DNA of 58,606 nucleotides, filler included, from Stramenopiles sp. TOSAG23-2 (Eukaryota): NCBI GenBank assembly GCA_900128395.1. It is 3 parts of 3 records of this genome, joined end to end, with 100 filler letters (N's around TTAATTAATTAA, not from the genome) between each part and the next. Parts side by side here need not be neighbours in the genome. Positions count along the whole stretch, not along the records: positions 39,215 to 58,606 come from LT649582.1; 2 more parts are not named here. One strand, 5' to 3'. Shown piece by piece: positions 57,125 to 58,606 of this stretch (position 1 is its first letter; each line of letters starts with the position of its first letter). The notes under the pieces were generated by a model. It saw only the letters and a program-made list of their open reading frames with translations, ran no database searches and was not told where the DNA came from. The position numbers and the translations under genes were made by a program.

Positions 57125-58606
57125 ATGCATGTAATTTTTATAGTACTAGCAAAAAGAATGAAATTTCTGAAAATATACGATCGTACCTATTTTGTGTGGG
57201 GTGTATTTATCCTTTATATGATTTTATATTATTTGAAGTTATAATATTTTAGTAGAATACCACAGGTAATTTCTATGACGACCCGGTTTTTTTGCTTTTC
57301 TGGCCGATATCCCTTTACGGGATATCGATAAGTGCCGGGGGGCCGGCTGTTATAACCATATAAATATCATTAGTATCCCTATTCCCTGTAACCTCTATAA
57401 TTTTTATGAATTATGCATATAATGCATTTTATTTATCATATTTTATTATTTTTTTTGTATTTTTATTCCTATATATCTATACTATTAGTATATAAACTTA
57501 ATATGAATATAAAATCGGATATTTATTTCTTGACTGTCGATATGCAACAGCGCGTCCAAGGTGAACACATTTAAGTATTTTCTTATATCTGTTTCATAAA
57601 TAATATATCAATTTTAGTGATATTTTTGTACTTGATATTTATGTGTCAAATTATATTATTTTAAAATTATATTATTCTTTGTACATAAATTAATTAAGTA
57701 TAAATAATAAACTATATTTACATTATTATATGTTAAAATATATTAGTATACTAAAAATCATACCTACCAATTAAAAAATATTATTATTTTAATTTATTTT
57801 TAATTATTTTAACTGATAGGCATGTTTTTTAATATACTAAGGATTTTTACAACTTATTTGTTACCATTTATGAATAATTTCCTTAAAAAATAGGGAATTT
57901 TGCTAAAATATTGTGAAGTCCAGATTATCTTGGCTCGACTACTATTAAAATAACACATATTATAATGAAATATATATCTCATAAATTTAACAAAAATACA
58001 TACACAAAAATGATTCAGTAAACACATGATATATATATGTTACACAAATATTAACGTTAGAAATGCAATATTTACTGCAAATGGGTACACATCAACACTC
58101 TGTAATTTGAATTCTAGATGAAATTATTTTGCATATAAGGGATGTTTTGAAATCAGTTTTACGTGTAGATTGCATTCCTCAACTTTATTTTATGGAATTT
58201 TGGGATTTTCATGAAAAAGGGAATTTTTTTTGAACAGACCAGATAACAGCCGGCTACGCGGCACTTGTCCGGTTAGGGGATAGTATTGATAAATAACATA
58301 TTATATAGGTAAATATTTCTAGTATACAACTACTCCGTACTTAGACCAGAGATTTCAACCAATATTTGAGGGGAAAAAAACATAATTTAAAAAATAAAAA
58401 CAAACATGTAAATATGATGGGAATGTGTGAAAATGTTACCAAATGAAATTATATGATACAATTTTATATAACATATGAGTAAGAGAAAAACACATATATA
58501 TGATACGAGTACATTCGTATCATAATAATTTCATAATTATCGTGTGTATCATACTAAGGCATTTTAATTGCAAATGTTAAAAATGCTGTATGCCCTCTAG
58601 TATTTG

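Overview
AT-rich, intron-poor nuclear DNA of a unicellular eukaryote (probably a heterotrophic protist; the lineage cannot be fixed from this window). The window is three separate contigs (1-19511, 19612-39114, 39215-58606) joined by artificial N44-TTAATTAATTAA-N44 linkers, so adjacency across linkers means nothing. Recognisable genes: an EF-hand protein running off the left edge (absent from the ORF track), two ankyrin proteins, GST, a spliced GH55-like double beta-helix enzyme, a coiled-coil/PDZ protein, an LCAT/PLA2G15-like lipase, OGDH, PFAS, TAF8, NDK, a TMEM110-like protein, a frameshifted CAMK-type kinase, GT8, a SETD3-like methyltransferase and MCTS1. The most striking object is a three-exon gene (39581-45270, about 1820 aa). 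It looks like a secreted polyprotein with eight RRLL sites, poly-Lys peptides, four CX3C...CX3C modules, a degenerate zincin-like domain and a segment resembling the Cry delta-endotoxin pore-forming domain. A second secreted gene (24891-26203) uses the same CX3C/RRL pattern around a bacterial-looking, CHAP-like domain. Non-coding signals include a GTCTGCGTCGTCAG(ACT) motif in three head-to-head intergenic regions and several long hairpins or inverted repeats. About a dozen 60-270 bp tandem duplications and several homopolymer frameshifts are most likely assembly or amplification artefacts. All domain calls are by-eye motif recognition, not database results.
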